From IMG/VR virus record IMGVR_UViG_3300012259_000001, positions 1-64,000 of that record: DNA of 64,000 nt; one strand, 5' to 3'. The DNA comes from an uncultured virus (IMG/VR IMGVR_UViG_3300012259_000001) (taxonomy: Duplodnaviria; Heunggongvirae; Uroviricota; Caudoviricetes). The notes beneath the pieces were generated by a model. That model made no database searches, was not told where the DNA came from, and worked only from the letters and a program-made list of their open reading frames with translations. Shown one piece after another: positions 38,859 through 49,126 of this stretch. The position numbers and the translations under genes are program-made. Position 1 is the first letter of the stretch, and every line of letters begins with the position of its first letter.

Positions 38859-38863
38859 ATTAG

Positions 38864-38895
38864 AAAAGAGGCCTTCGGGCCTCTTTTTTTTTTTT
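38864..38895 (+). terminator. Intrinsic terminator
   Basis: AAAAGAGGCC-TTCG-GGCCTCTTTT plus long T tract. Confidence 0.85.
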
Positions 38896-38958
38896 GCCTT
38901 TTGTAAGGGTTCCCCAATCCTATAGACTATACAGCTTCCCTGTCAATAGGTAACGACT

Positions 38959-41175
38959 ATGATTTTGTTTGGAAACGATTGGCATCGTTACCCGATGGCC
39001 AGAGTGGATTACTCCACAAAGAACGAATCTTTCCTACGCTACAGCTCCCTGCTAAAAGAGATGGGGATTAAAAACTGTTTGTGGCCCTTGGCGGTTATGC
39101 AGCCGGAATTGATTGGGGTTGACCCACATTCTGAAGTGTTGTCTGACGCCTACAAGATGAAGATTGGTTTGGAATGCCGATACAACATTTGGTACTACTT
39201 ACGTGAAGTAGTGCGCATTCCACCTGTGGCAGGCCCTAACCCGGTTCCCTACAAAGCCAACCGGGGGAACATGGCGACCACATGGACCTTTATCAACAAC
39301 ATGGACATCGCCTTGATCCAACCTCGTCAGACTGGTAAGTCAGTGTCTACTGACTGTTTGATGATCTGGTTGTTGTTCTTGGGTACGAGTAACTCTCGTA
39401 TCAACATGATCACAAAGGACGATGCCCTGCGTAAGGCTAACGTTGAGCGTCTGAAGAAGATCCGGGATCTGTTGCCCCCGTATTTGGTTGCTAAGGGTCG
39501 TGCAGACTCTGATAACCAATTCGAAGTCACCTGTAAGAAGTGGGAGAACACCTACTCCACAGGCGTTGCTCAAAACTCCGAATCCAGTGCTAACAACCTG
39601 GGTCGTGGACAGACTTCTCCCATCAGCCACATCGACGAAGGTCCGTTCATTAACTTCATTGGCATCACCTTGCCTGCTGCACTGGCTGCCGGTAACGCAG
39701 CCCGTGAAGAAGCCCGTAAACACAACCGACCACACGGAAACATCTTCACCACAACCGCCGGTAAGAAGGATGACCGTGACGGTAAGTACATGTACGACAT
39801 GATCCACGGTGGTGCTAAGTGGACTGAGCTGTACTTTGACTGTGTAGACAAGGCGGCCTTCCATGAGATGGTGGCGAAGAACAACCCCGGTCGTAAGATC
39901 CTGATCAATGCAACCTTCTCGCACCGTCAGTTGGGTTACACCGATGAGTGGTTGTACAAGACCATGGCAGAAGCCAACTCCTATGGCGATGGTGCAAACC
40001 GCGACTTCTTCAACGTCTGGACGTCGGGTACACAAAGCTCGCCGTTGACCCCGCAGCTCAACGAGATGATCAAAAACTCGGTACGGGATGTGATGTACAA
40101 CTTCGTGTCCAAAGAGTTGTACGTGGTGCGTTGGTATGTCGATGAAGTCAGCCTTCAGCGCTTGATACAGACCGATCAGTTCATCTTGGGGTTGGATACC
40201 TCTGAAGCGGTGGGTCGAGATGGGATTGCAGGGACGATCATTAACACCAAGGACTTGTCGGTGGTGGGTGCGTTCAATGTCAATGAGACTAACCTGATTC
40301 GGTTCTCTAACTTCTTGGCAGAGTTCTTGGTGCGGTTTAAGAACATCACCTTGATTCCTGAGAAGAAGTCGACTGGTCAGATGATCGTTGATGCCTTGAT
40401 CCTGAAGTTGCCAGCCATGGGCGAAGATCCGTTCCGTCGTATCTTCAACCGTATTGTGGAGAACTCCAATGAGAAAGCAGACCTTTACAAGACCATCTGT
40501 AAACCCATGGGTACTCGGACGGAACAATTCTACGACGAGACTAAAGGCTACTTTGGCTTTAACACGAATGCCGAAACCCGTGCGCTACTCTACGGACCGG
40601 TTCTTCAGAATGCGGCGAAAGACAGCGGGCACTTGGTACACGACAAGCAGTTGTCTGAAGAGATTCGTGGGTTGGTGGTGAAGAAAGGTCGGATCGATCA
40701 CGCGGCCTCCGGTCATGATGACACGGTCATTGCGTGGTTGTTGGCGCAGTGGTTGGTGACCATGGGTCGTAACCTGGATCACTATGGAATCGATACCAGT
40801 AAGCTGTTGTCCGCAGTGACCAGCAACAACAAACAACTGACGCCTGAAGAGCTGTATCAGAGGACACAGTTTAACAAGATGAAGAAGGAGATGGAAGAAG
40901 TCTACGAACTGTTGGTTAATGCCAAAGAGACCTTTGTGGTGGCGCGGTTGGAAGCCAAGCTTGAACACCTCACGCGTAAACTGGCCGCCATGGACAGTGT
41001 GGATGAGGACACCGTTACCAGCTTGTCCAGCCTGATCCAGAAGGCCTCGGAAGAACGTAGTCTGCGCAACATCAAAGCTGCGCGTGCACACAACGCTGCG
41101 CATGTTCAGAAGAGCCTCAACCCATGGGGTAAGATCATGGGGCGTGGTGGCCTTACCGGGCGCCGGGCGGCATAA
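38959..41175 (+). CDS. terL: Terminase large subunit (phiKZ gp25-like)
   Basis: Walker A QPRQTGKS, Walker B HIDE, motif III FTTT, nuclease LGLDTS and GHDDTV. Confidence 0.93.
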   Translation: MILFGNDWHRYPMARVDYSTKNESFLRYSSLLKEMGIKNCLWPLAVMQPELIGVDPHSEVLSDAYKMKIGLECRYNIWYYLREVVRIPPVAGPNPVPYKANRGNMATTWTFINNMDIALIQPRQTGKSVSTDCLMIWLLFLGTSNSRINMITKDDALRKANVERLKKIRDLLPPYLVAKGRADSDNQFEVTCKKWENTYSTGVAQNSESSANNLGRGQTSPISHIDEGPFINFIGITLPAALAAGNAAREEARKHNRPHGNIFTTTAGKKDDRDGKYMYDMIHGGAKWTELYFDCVDKAAFHEMVAKNNPGRKILINATFSHRQLGYTDEWLYKTMAEANSYGDGANRDFFNVWTSGTQSSPLTPQLNEMIKNSVRDVMYNFVSKELYVVRWYVDEVSLQRLIQTDQFILGLDTSEAVGRDGIAGTIINTKDLSVVGAFNVNETNLIRFSNFLAEFLVRFKNITLIPEKKSTGQMIVDALILKLPAMGEDPFRRIFNRIVENSNEKADLYKTICKPMGTRTEQFYDETKGYFGFNTNAETRALLYGPVLQNAAKDSGHLVHDKQLSEEIRGLVVKKGRIDHAASGHDDTVIAWLLAQWLVTMGRNLDHYGIDTSKLLSAVTSNNKQLTPEELYQRTQFNKMKKEMEEVYELLVNAKETFVVARLEAKLEHLTRKLAAMDSVDEDTVTSLSSLIQKASEERSLRNIKAARAHNAAHVQKSLNPWGKIMGRGGLTGRRAA

Positions 41176-41274
41176 AGAGCTAGCCGGGAGGGCAACCTCC
41201 CGGTTATGCCGCCAAAGCTTAGAAATTTTATGAAGGTACCTATATCTAATCCCACTAACACGACAGAGGTTGCT

Positions 41275-41790
41275 ATGAAGATTCGAGTTAACAAGGGCTG
41301 GTTAGACGTTAACGACCTCAAACTCAAACGCTTGGGTGGTTGGGTGAGAGGAGATATTGTCTACCACAAGATTAATGGAGTCTGGTCGATAGCGCGCCAA
41401 CACGAACTTATTGAAACATTCCAAATACGCGTAGGGACCTTTAACGCCCCACAGGTGTGGTACGGCTTCTTCAAACAAGGCAGTCCTGACCCAGGTACCG
41501 TTTCTCCTGAGTTTTATCGTGGTCTCGAGATCCGTGACTTTAACTCACCCGATGACGATCAAACAGGCTTCCAGTTTGGTCTGTATGCTAAAGGTGATTC
41601 ATCGAAGGTCATTGCCGTTGAAATCGAGGGCTTGGGTCGATTACCATTCAGAAATACTAACCAAGGAAATTGGGGTGCCGATACGATCACACGACGATAC
41701 TTTTCAGATGGCGTTAAAAACGTTCATCAGTATTTGAAGAGTCGGTACGGTAATACACTCACCATCAAACTCATCCACGACCCTGTTTAA
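41275..41790 (+). CDS. Trp-repeat N-terminal family protein 1 (putative tail-fibre adhesin)
   Basis: Start at ATG 41275 after GAGGT; MKIRVNKGW...KRLGGW...KINGVW. Confidence 0.65.
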   Translation: MKIRVNKGWLDVNDLKLKRLGGWVRGDIVYHKINGVWSIARQHELIETFQIRVGTFNAPQVWYGFFKQGSPDPGTVSPEFYRGLEIRDFNSPDDDQTGFQFGLYAKGDSSKVIAVEIEGLGRLPFRNTNQGNWGADTITRRYFSDGVKNVHQYLKSRYGNTLTIKLIHDPV

Positions 41791-41809
41791 CAACTTCTAG
41801 GATACCAAC

Positions 41810-42322
41810 ATGAGACTACGTACGGGTGGGGCGTGGAGAAAGACTCTGCCTCTCTTTAAACAAGCCAGCGTGTGGCGCAAAGGCGAACACGTGTTCAGTA
41901 AGGTGTCAGGTCAGTGGAAGGACATCAGCGAACCGCACAAACCTGCGAGCATCATTGACCTCTACATCGTCCCGACACACGTCTATCCATCCTACGGGGA
42001 ACGCTTCGGTTACGCCCAGTCCTACGTACCTACGGGGGACATCAGTACCGATCGCTTTAACCTGTTTGACAACAACATCATCTGGGCGAGTTGTGAGTGG
42101 GGCATGGACCCCCAGATTGGCGTAGGTGCCCTGCGCTGGTTCACGTTCCACATGGCGGGGGATCAGACACACATCCCATGGCCACAGATTGGCATGTTTA
42201 ATGACATTCCGCTTCACTTCGTTAGTAATGTCTGGCAGCCACAGTACGGGACTACTCGGGTTTGGTATCGAACCTATCGCGATCTTCCAACCACACAAGT
42301 CCAACATCGCATTTTGATTTAA
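41810..42322 (+). CDS. Trp-repeat N-terminal family protein 2
   Basis: MRLRTGGAW...KQASVW...KVSGQW. Confidence 0.65.
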   Translation: MRLRTGGAWRKTLPLFKQASVWRKGEHVFSKVSGQWKDISEPHKPASIIDLYIVPTHVYPSYGERFGYAQSYVPTGDISTDRFNLFDNNIIWASCEWGMDPQIGVGALRWFTFHMAGDQTHIPWPQIGMFNDIPLHFVSNVWQPQYGTTRVWYRTYRDLPTTQVQHRILI

Positions 42323-42332
42323 GGGGTTCGTC

Positions 42333-42956
42333 ATGTTAATCAAACAGGGTACTTGGTATAAGGGCTTGCTCAAATGTAAACTACCCGAACAAGGTTGGAT
42401 AGAACCCAAAACTTCGTTTCTTAAACAAAACGGTTTATGGGTTCCTGTACAAGGTAGCCAAGTTATCCAACAGGACTTAGGGGATTTGATCACTACCACG
42501 ACAGATTGGATTCTTAATGAAACCCGTGGTTGGTATCGAGACGTATACCCAACCGTTCAAGATAGCTACATACCCATCCCCACCAAACTGTCAGCAGACA
42601 CTTTATCTAAAATAAGAAAAGTGTCGGCCACCTTTACTGGTTACTACAACACACCCGCCGAAGGCCTTAACCTCAACTATTTGAGAATTCATTTAAGTAA
42701 TGGGGTTGTTAAGTTGTTAGGCACCAACGACGCATGGACCGATGCAGGCACTGGACAGAATCTTTACAAAGGTGATGCAGGGACCGAATCGAAGGTTACT
42801 CGAAACGTTATTAATGAACGGTATAGCTTTACGGTACCTGTCGACATTAATGTGGTGGGTCTTGACTTTCTGTCTTACCCAGCATATACCCAAGGTCGGT
42901 ACTACCCGTCCTCATTACGCGGGATGAAGGACTTTGAGTTCACACTCAGACACTGA
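42333..42956 (+). CDS. Trp-repeat N-terminal family protein 3
   Basis: MLIKQGTW...PEQGW...KQNGLW. Confidence 0.65.
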   Translation: MLIKQGTWYKGLLKCKLPEQGWIEPKTSFLKQNGLWVPVQGSQVIQQDLGDLITTTTDWILNETRGWYRDVYPTVQDSYIPIPTKLSADTLSKIRKVSATFTGYYNTPAEGLNLNYLRIHLSNGVVKLLGTNDAWTDAGTGQNLYKGDAGTESKVTRNVINERYSFTVPVDINVVGLDFLSYPAYTQGRYYPSSLRGMKDFEFTLRH

Positions 42957-43063
42957 CTTAAGCAGGAGGGTGACCTCCTGCTTATGCCGACTCATTAAAA
43001 AATATTAAAAACCTAAACTATATAAAGGAATCTTCACCTGACCTTAACCTTAAGGACACTACC

Positions 43064-43798
43064 ATGAGCATTAAAGCCGACAGATGGATTGCTACCCGTT
43101 CAACCCCACCGAGCCACCTCCTCCACACCGTACACGGTCGAGAAACTAAGTTTGCTTGGGAGGGCATCACCCATACCAAGGAACAACTGCGCACCATGCA
43201 GGAGCGCTACATGGCTACTCGCATTAGTCCTGAAGACCTTCAGAAAGAAGGCTGGGTACCGATGATCGAACCTTTCGAGCGCCAACAGGTTCGTGAACAA
43301 AGTGGAGAGCGCGTGATCTCCTACGGTAACTCCAGCTATGGATACGACGTTCGTTTGTCTGAGGAGTTCAAGCTCTTCACTAACATCAACTCGGCCGTTA
43401 TCGACCCCAAGCGGTTTGACGAAAAGTGTCTGATCGATGCCGAATTGAAGGTCGATCCCAATGGCGACAAGTACGTCATTCTTCCCCCGAACTCCTACCT
43501 ACTCGGTCGTACAGTTGAATACTTCCGTATCCCTCGGAATGTAACGGTGGTGGCCGTAGGTAAGAGTACCTATGCGCGAGCAGGTGCGATTGTCAACGTC
43601 ACTCCGATTGAAGCTGAGTTCGAAGGTAACGTCGTGATCGAGATCTCCAACAGCACGAACCTCCCATTGAAGATCTATGCCAACGAAGGGATCTCGCAGT
43701 TCCTGTTCTTTGAATCGAATGAAGAGTGTGAAACCTCTTACGCAGACCGTGGGGGCAAATACCAGGGCCAAACGGGTGTCGTCGTACCACGTATGTGA
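43064..43798 (+). CDS. dcd: dCTP deaminase
   Basis: [52 protein letters not shown]. Confidence 0.95.
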   Translation: MSIKADRWIATRSTPPSHLLHTVHGRETKFAWEGITHTKEQLRTMQERYMATRISPEDLQKEGWVPMIEPFERQQVREQSGERVISYGNSSYGYDVRLSEEFKLFTNINSAVIDPKRFDEKCLIDAELKVDPNGDKYVILPPNSYLLGRTVEYFRIPRNVTVVAVGKSTYARAGAIVNVTPIEAEFEGNVVIEISNSTNLPLKIYANEGISQFLFFESNEECETSYADRGGKYQGQTGVVVPRM

Positions 43799-43801
43799 GG
43801 T

Positions 43802-44068
43802 GTGGGGATGGTTGAGTTGTTCCTCTTCAGTTCGGTAACGGCGTTAGCCATTGTTCTGTCAATTACGTGGGACAAGTACCGAAGAGGTTGTCACCGCCTA
43901 CTTGTGGAGTACACCTTCTTCCATTATCTCTGGGACAAGCGTCGTAAGGCGCTTGTTCAATTCACCTCGATCAAAGGGGTGTTGGTGATGGTGATGGTTG
44001 GGTTGCATTACCTCATGTCGGGTACAACTATTTTCTCAGCGCCCATTGCTTTGGGCGAAGTTCTATAG
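43802..44068 (+). CDS. Small membrane protein
   Basis: Two hydrophobic segments. Confidence 0.55.
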   Translation: MGMVELFLFSSVTALAIVLSITWDKYRRGCHRLLVEYTFFHYLWDKRRKALVQFTSIKGVLVMVMVGLHYLMSGTTIFSAPIALGEVL

Positions 44069-44173
44069 GGGCCACCGCCTGCGAGACGGATGACACAGAC
44101 TGTTAACGATAAGTACAATCAGGGCGCAAGTCCTGATTGTTTATGACCTCTGTAAACTAGGAGCGTATAAAAC

Positions 44174-44485
44174 ATGCGTATTCGAAAAGCACCAATATTG
44201 GTAATGGGTTTTGTGATTGTGTTCTCCGGCGCTGTAGGGGTCGCTATTCCCTTCATCGGCAAAGCAGTAAACAATGAAGAACCTCTGAACAAAGCCTTTC
44301 GCCTGTACGGGGGTTGTGTACATGAGAAGCTGGAGTTTTTAAATAAGGAGGGCTTGTTGGAGGAAACTCACCAAGAAATCTCTGAGCGGTGTCGGGAGTA
44401 TGCAGGTCTGGGGTGGGAAGTAAGGGAAGTGCGTAACGAAGCAGGCAGGATAGTGTTTCGTGAGAAAGACGCATATGCCTACTGA
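44174..44485 (+). CDS. Membrane-anchored protein
   Basis: N-terminal TM helix; AGGAG RBS. Confidence 0.7.
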   Translation: MRIRKAPILVMGFVIVFSGAVGVAIPFIGKAVNNEEPLNKAFRLYGGCVHEKLEFLNKEGLLEETHQEISERCREYAGLGWEVREVRNEAGRIVFREKDAYAY

Positions 44486-44502
44486 ACTTGGGAGTATGGG
44501 TC

Positions 44503-44751
44503 ATGCGCACTCAATTAATGTTTGGTGTATACGTTGTCTTGTTAGGATGCACCACGCCTCAAGAAGAGACTGTTACGGTCTACCAAGCACTTTCCTTAGG
44601 TGGGTGTGAAGACGAACAGTCGCAGGTGTTAACCAAGCAAGTACCGGTCACCTACACCGAACAAGAACGTACTACCGAATGCAGCGTCTTCGTTGACTTG
44701 CGCTATATAAACAAAGAGGAGCCTGTGGCTTCTGAACCTACCAAGGAGTGA
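44503..44751 (+). CDS. Putative lipoprotein
   Basis: MRTQLMFGVYVVLLGC, lipobox-like; GGAG RBS. Confidence 0.55.
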   Translation: MRTQLMFGVYVVLLGCTTPQEETVTVYQALSLGGCEDEQSQVLTKQVPVTYTEQERTTECSVFVDLRYINKEEPVASEPTKE

Positions 44752-44755
44752 AACG

Positions 44756-45211
44756 ATGTCAGTGGTCTTTATAGTGTTTGCTCGTGAAGAAGCTTTGTCG
44801 AACGATAAGTCTCTTGACTATGTCGGTTGCATCGAAAAATTCAGTGGGAAACAATTTGACACCAATGTTCGTTTCCGTGAAATCGAACTTGAAGAAGGGT
44901 CGGGTTATCTTTTCGTGTTGTACGACGTAACGCACGATTCTGATCGGCTACACACGATCTTCTACGATGCCCCCCAAAGCATCGATACCCCAGAAGCCGC
45001 CGAGTACGCCCTGTGGATTCAGAGTTGTCTAACAGAGGTCTTTAGTCAATTCCAGGTCTATGACGCCAAAGACATTAAGTTCAGCTTCATGACTCGCCCT
45101 AACAGCGAAAAAAGCTGCGCTTTAGTCTACGATGTTCCTTTTGAGAAAAGTAAGTTCATTGCCGATGTGGCAACCGATGTACGCAAGCGCTTCGCTCTTG
45201 TAAAAGGATAA
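44756..45211 (+). CDS. Hypothetical protein
   Basis: 151 aa; AAGGAG RBS. Confidence 0.75.
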   Translation: MSVVFIVFAREEALSNDKSLDYVGCIEKFSGKQFDTNVRFREIELEEGSGYLFVLYDVTHDSDRLHTIFYDAPQSIDTPEAAEYALWIQSCLTEVFSQFQVYDAKDIKFSFMTRPNSEKSCALVYDVPFEKSKFIADVATDVRKRFALVKG

Positions 45212-45215
45212 TGCG

Positions 45216-45830
45216 ATGCAGACTCCCGAGTTCAAAGGATGGTTTGCAGGCGTAGGGAGCCGAGATACTCCTGAAGACGTCTGTAAGCTCATGCAGAAGC
45301 TTGCTGTGGTCTTTTATGCCCTAGGGTACGGATTATCTTCAGGCGATGCCAGAGGGGCTGATAGAGCCTTCTGGGAGGGTGCTCTGTTGAGTCCCTTTTA
45401 CCGTAAGATCGGTGCACGTATTTACTTGTGTGATGAGTGGGTGCGGGGCAGGAAGGCTGATCCGAAGAACTTTTTCTACAATGCCCAACGGTTTCCAACC
45501 TTTGAGAAGGCCAAACAAATGGCGCTCGAAGCACGCGGAAGCTTTCATGGGTTGGATGAGTGGGGTATTAATCTACACAGTCGCAACGTCATGCAGATCC
45601 ATGGGGCTAGTCTTCAAGACAAGGTTGAGTACCTGGTGTACTGGGCTATTCCTGTGGGCAAAGCAGAGAGAGTGAAGGGGGGTACCAACACCGCCCTACA
45701 GATTGCCAAAAAGGCCGAGGTTAAACACCGGATCAATCTGTACACCCCTGAAGGTCAAGTCTGGGCTAGTCAGTTCCTTAACACCCCAATTGCACAAGAA
45801 GCTTTGCGTGTCGCAGAGCTTTCAGCCTAA
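45216..45830 (+). CDS. DprA/Smf-like (SLOG family) protein
   Basis: FAGVGSR, SGDARGADRAF, KGGTNTA motifs. Confidence 0.8.
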   Translation: MQTPEFKGWFAGVGSRDTPEDVCKLMQKLAVVFYALGYGLSSGDARGADRAFWEGALLSPFYRKIGARIYLCDEWVRGRKADPKNFFYNAQRFPTFEKAKQMALEARGSFHGLDEWGINLHSRNVMQIHGASLQDKVEYLVYWAIPVGKAERVKGGTNTALQIAKKAEVKHRINLYTPEGQVWASQFLNTPIAQEALRVAELSA

Positions 45831-45856
45831 CCTTAAACGCAACGAGGATATCCTCC

Positions 45857-46879
45857 ATGAACAATGATTACAGTCGGGCTTGTAAAGACATCGCTCAATC
45901 GATCCTCTCAACTTCGGGGATGGCCAGCATGATCCCTGGTATCGAACAAGCCCTGCGACTTACGGCCACCCAGATTGAGATACTGGGTCAGGAAGAACAA
46001 CGGCGTTTGTTTTGGGAAATGGTGGCAGGACGCGGCCCGAAAAGCCAAGTCCACGCCATGATCTACAAGAACCCAGCAGAAAATTACGGACAGGCTCACT
46101 TCAAGAAGAACGAGCGTAGCAACACCTCGCTACCAGAGCCGGTTCGGTTGATGGGGTGGTACTACTACCTCTTACTCAACAAGCAATACATTGCAGGGGA
46201 GTTGGCTGACTATGCGCGTCCTTACCATTTCTTCTCTTACGGCTACGGAAGTACTCGGTTCTGCAGCCCGTTGAAGGTGATTAACCCTAGCGGTCACTCC
46301 CTTAGCGAGTTCGAGACCATCTACCCCGATTTCACCATAGAGCGAGTTTACTACACCAACGAACTTGAGCAGGTTGAACGCACCGACTTGAATGTGTTGT
46401 TGAACGTTACGCCGGTCGCTTATGTTGACTATGCTCAAATAGGGGAGGAGTATCTTTACTTCTGTGACCGAATGGAGGGTGGTGCTTTCGAAGCGCTGAA
46501 GAACGATAACCCAGGTACGCCCGACTGGGCAGAGCTGACTGTGGTGGGTCAGTACCGGGCTTGCGATGAAGTGGTGGTGACGATTGAGAACTTCACCGTA
46601 CACCCCACCAGTAAACAACCTTTACCGTTCAAACTGTCGTTCTACCGCGACGAAGAAGAACGGTTGTGCTACACCACCAACAACGTAGCCTACGCCTTTC
46701 TAAGGGTAAAACAAGGTTACTGGCAAAACCTCCCCTTCCTGATCCGTCGCCTGATTGGTCAACTTGATATCGTCGGTCAGGGTACCTACTGTACGGACTA
46801 CGAAGTTCGTGATAATGATGTCTTTGTACTCAACCCACAATACACCCCAAACTCTATGGAACAACACCATGAAAGTTAA
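45857..46879 (+). CDS. Hypothetical protein
   Basis: 340 aa; GAGG RBS. Confidence 0.75.
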   Translation: MNNDYSRACKDIAQSILSTSGMASMIPGIEQALRLTATQIEILGQEEQRRLFWEMVAGRGPKSQVHAMIYKNPAENYGQAHFKKNERSNTSLPEPVRLMGWYYYLLLNKQYIAGELADYARPYHFFSYGYGSTRFCSPLKVINPSGHSLSEFETIYPDFTIERVYYTNELEQVERTDLNVLLNVTPVAYVDYAQIGEEYLYFCDRMEGGAFEALKNDNPGTPDWAELTVVGQYRACDEVVVTIENFTVHPTSKQPLPFKLSFYRDEEERLCYTTNNVAYAFLRVKQGYWQNLPFLIRRLIGQLDIVGQGTYCTDYEVRDNDVFVLNPQYTPNSMEQHHES

Positions 46880-47198
46880 AGAAGCAAAAGTCCCCCAATT
46901 GGTTCCTGTGATGGAACTGCGTTACGGTCATCAAATGGTGTCCAACGGTTACATCGTAGAGAAGGTCGATACTGCGCTCAAACCTATGCAAAGTATGGAG
47001 ACCGACGCGATGTCGAGAACCATCGGTGCGTGGGATGACCGTATGTATCACCGCATCACTCTCGCCGACAGTCGTTCCTCGCGACGCTTTTACCTCTTCC
47101 CGCAACTCTGCATTGGGTTGTTGGTCGACCCCCAAGGTCGTATTATCCAAGAAACCCAAGTCAATGACCGTTATGAGGTCGTCGAGTTCTTCAAATGA
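46869..47198 (+). CDS. Hypothetical protein
   Basis: Start at ATG 46869 (MKVKEA), overlapping the upstream stop. Confidence 0.65.
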   Translation: MKVKEAKVPQLVPVMELRYGHQMVSNGYIVEKVDTALKPMQSMETDAMSRTIGAWDDRMYHRITLADSRSSRRFYLFPQLCIGLLVDPQGRIIQETQVNDRYEVVEFFK

Positions 47199-47212
47199 AC
47201 GATGGTCGTTTT

Positions 47213-47245
47213 AACAAGGGGGCTTAGGCTCCCTTGTTTTTTTTT
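47213..47245 (+). terminator. Intrinsic terminator
   Basis: AACAAGGGGGC-TTAG-GCTCCCTTGTT plus T tract. Confidence 0.8.
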
Positions 47246-47310
47246 GCCGTGTTGGTCCAGAAATCGTATGAATGGGTAGACTTAACCCGCTTTAAAACGG
47301 TGGAGCCGAC

Positions 47311-48024
47311 ATGAAAGTTAAAGCTAACGGTAAGTGGGGGATTGGGCTTACCCGCTTTAAACGACAAGGAGCCTGGCTTAAGCCGCGGTCGACATGGCAA
47401 AAGTACAATGAGAAGTGGTTGAAGGTGGGTGTTAACTACTATCGTGAGAACTACAAACTTCGTCACTATGCCACAGGGATGAGCGTAGCCCAGTTGTATG
47501 ACCACAGCACCACGTTAGGGCTTAATGCGTTTGAACGTAAGTTGAATGGTCGCGATTGTGTTGACTTTATCAACGCTGGCTGGATCAAGATGACTGATCT
47601 TCAGCTACCGGCACAATGGACAATCAACCTGTGGTATCACGCACGAAGTCTTGACGGTTATCAACACTTCTTTACCTACTCAGGTAATCAGGCAAACTTT
47701 ACCTTTAAGTTGAGTCCGACCTACCCTGGGCGCCCGTACATTCACTTTAACGGCACTAGCTATCGAGCACCAGACGCCATCGGAGCAACAGGTTGGCACA
47801 TGTTGACATTGTCCTATGACGGTAGCAACTATCGCATTTACATCAATGGTGTCTTGTCGTTGCTTCAGGCTTCCAATTACAGACCGCCTCTGGGTAATTA
47901 CCTCTGTGGGTCGCTTAATGAGGAAGTGGGGGGTGAGAAAAACGTTGGGTTGGTGTCCGATTTCGTGATCTACTCAAAGCTCCTGAGTCAAGCCGAAGTG
48001 ACAGAACTGTACACTAACTGGTAA
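47311..48024 (+). CDS. Trp-repeat family protein 4 with LamG/concanavalin A-like domain
   Basis: MKVKANGKW...KRQGAW...KYNEKW; WTINLWY, WHMLTLSYDG...IYING, SDFVIYSKLLSQAEV. Confidence 0.8.
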   Translation: MKVKANGKWGIGLTRFKRQGAWLKPRSTWQKYNEKWLKVGVNYYRENYKLRHYATGMSVAQLYDHSTTLGLNAFERKLNGRDCVDFINAGWIKMTDLQLPAQWTINLWYHARSLDGYQHFFTYSGNQANFTFKLSPTYPGRPYIHFNGTSYRAPDAIGATGWHMLTLSYDGSNYRIYINGVLSLLQASNYRPPLGNYLCGSLNEEVGGEKNVGLVSDFVIYSKLLSQAEVTELYTNW

Positions 48025-48046
48025 TTTCTTTTTTAGGGGGCTTGTA

Positions 48047-48757
48047 ATGCGTATTAAACAAGGGGGGTCTTGGCGGTGGTCACACCTTCGAGTGAAGTGG
48101 GGCGGGCTATGGAAAACGCCTCAGCGGATACTGACAAAGGTCAACGGGGTCTGGCAAGGTATCCAGCACTTACTCTCGGTAATGAATGGGCTTACCCGTT
48201 GGTGGTTGTCGGAAAGCAAAACCGTTGATCCGATCACCGGAACTTCACTGACCGTTTCATCAGGGGCAAGCTTTGCGGCTGTGTTGGGTCGGATGTCTCT
48301 GCGCGTTTATGGGGGTCGGTATGCATTGGTTCCTAGCGTAAGCCTAAGTGGGAACTGGACCATTAATCTGTGGTATTACCCATTGGGGTATGCGACCTAT
48401 AGTCATTTGCTAACACATGTAAGTGATCAGGTCAACTTCGCACTCAAGTTGACCGTTGGGGATGGTCGACCTTATCTCCATTACAAAGGTGTTAGTTACG
48501 GACTGTCAAGTGCTGGACTGTCTCTGAACCAATGGTCAATGGTTACGGTTACTCATGAAGCAGGTGTCTTGAAGATCTATTTGAATAAGGTTTTGCAAAC
48601 CACCGCTAATGTCACTGTGTCTCAAGCGGCTGTGAACATGTACGTGGGGCGTGGTCATAACGAGGAATACTCCAATGGCTATCAACGTGACCTTTTGTTC
48701 TACAACCGGGCGTTAAGTCAGGCTGAGATCGACACCATTTATCAAGAGCAAGCGTAA
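48047..48757 (+). CDS. Trp-repeat family protein 5 with LamG/concanavalin A-like domain
   Basis: MRIKQGGSW...KWGGLW...KVNGVW; WTINLWY, WSMVTVT...IYLN, FYNRALSQAEI. Confidence 0.8.
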   Translation: MRIKQGGSWRWSHLRVKWGGLWKTPQRILTKVNGVWQGIQHLLSVMNGLTRWWLSESKTVDPITGTSLTVSSGASFAAVLGRMSLRVYGGRYALVPSVSLSGNWTINLWYYPLGYATYSHLLTHVSDQVNFALKLTVGDGRPYLHYKGVSYGLSSAGLSLNQWSMVTVTHEAGVLKIYLNKVLQTTANVTVSQAAVNMYVGRGHNEEYSNGYQRDLLFYNRALSQAEIDTIYQEQA

Positions 48758-48796
48758 AGGCGGCATACAGGGAGGCTCATGCCTCCCTGTATGCTT

Positions 48797-49126
48797 TTAT
48801 GTCATCAGTGTCCAACCACGTGTGGGACGGCGAGCGTAGCACTTCTCCACCATCCGATCCAACCGAGCGTGGGGGATATTGTGGGCGGTTACGCCACCGA
48901 CGCTACCGTCAGTGAATTCATGAAACAGGAAGATAGAGAAGCTTTCTCCTTCTTGTCTAACCTTCCAAGAAAACCAACCAAGGTGAGCATAGATCTGCGT
49001 GTATTGCTTTTTGATCAAGAACCGGCTGCGCTTAACCCCACGAAACTCCTCTTCTCGACCAAAAGGTAGGCGCACGTACTCTTGGTAGTGTTCCCAACGA
49101 TCCGCCCGACTGAAGAGTTTCTTCAT
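48797..49126 (-). CDS. Hypothetical protein
   Basis: 109 aa; ATGA overlap with the upstream gene. Confidence 0.65.
   Translation of the reverse strand: MKKLFSRADRWEHYQEYVRLPFGREEEFRGVKRSRFLIKKQYTQIYAHLGWFSWKVRQEGESFSIFLFHEFTDGSVGGVTAHNIPHARLDRMVEKCYARRPTRGWTLMT

Noticed and set aside
39340..40527. 395-aa antisense ORF in the terminase
   Set aside because: Shadow ORF; the terminase itself is uninterrupted (no intein or intron seen)
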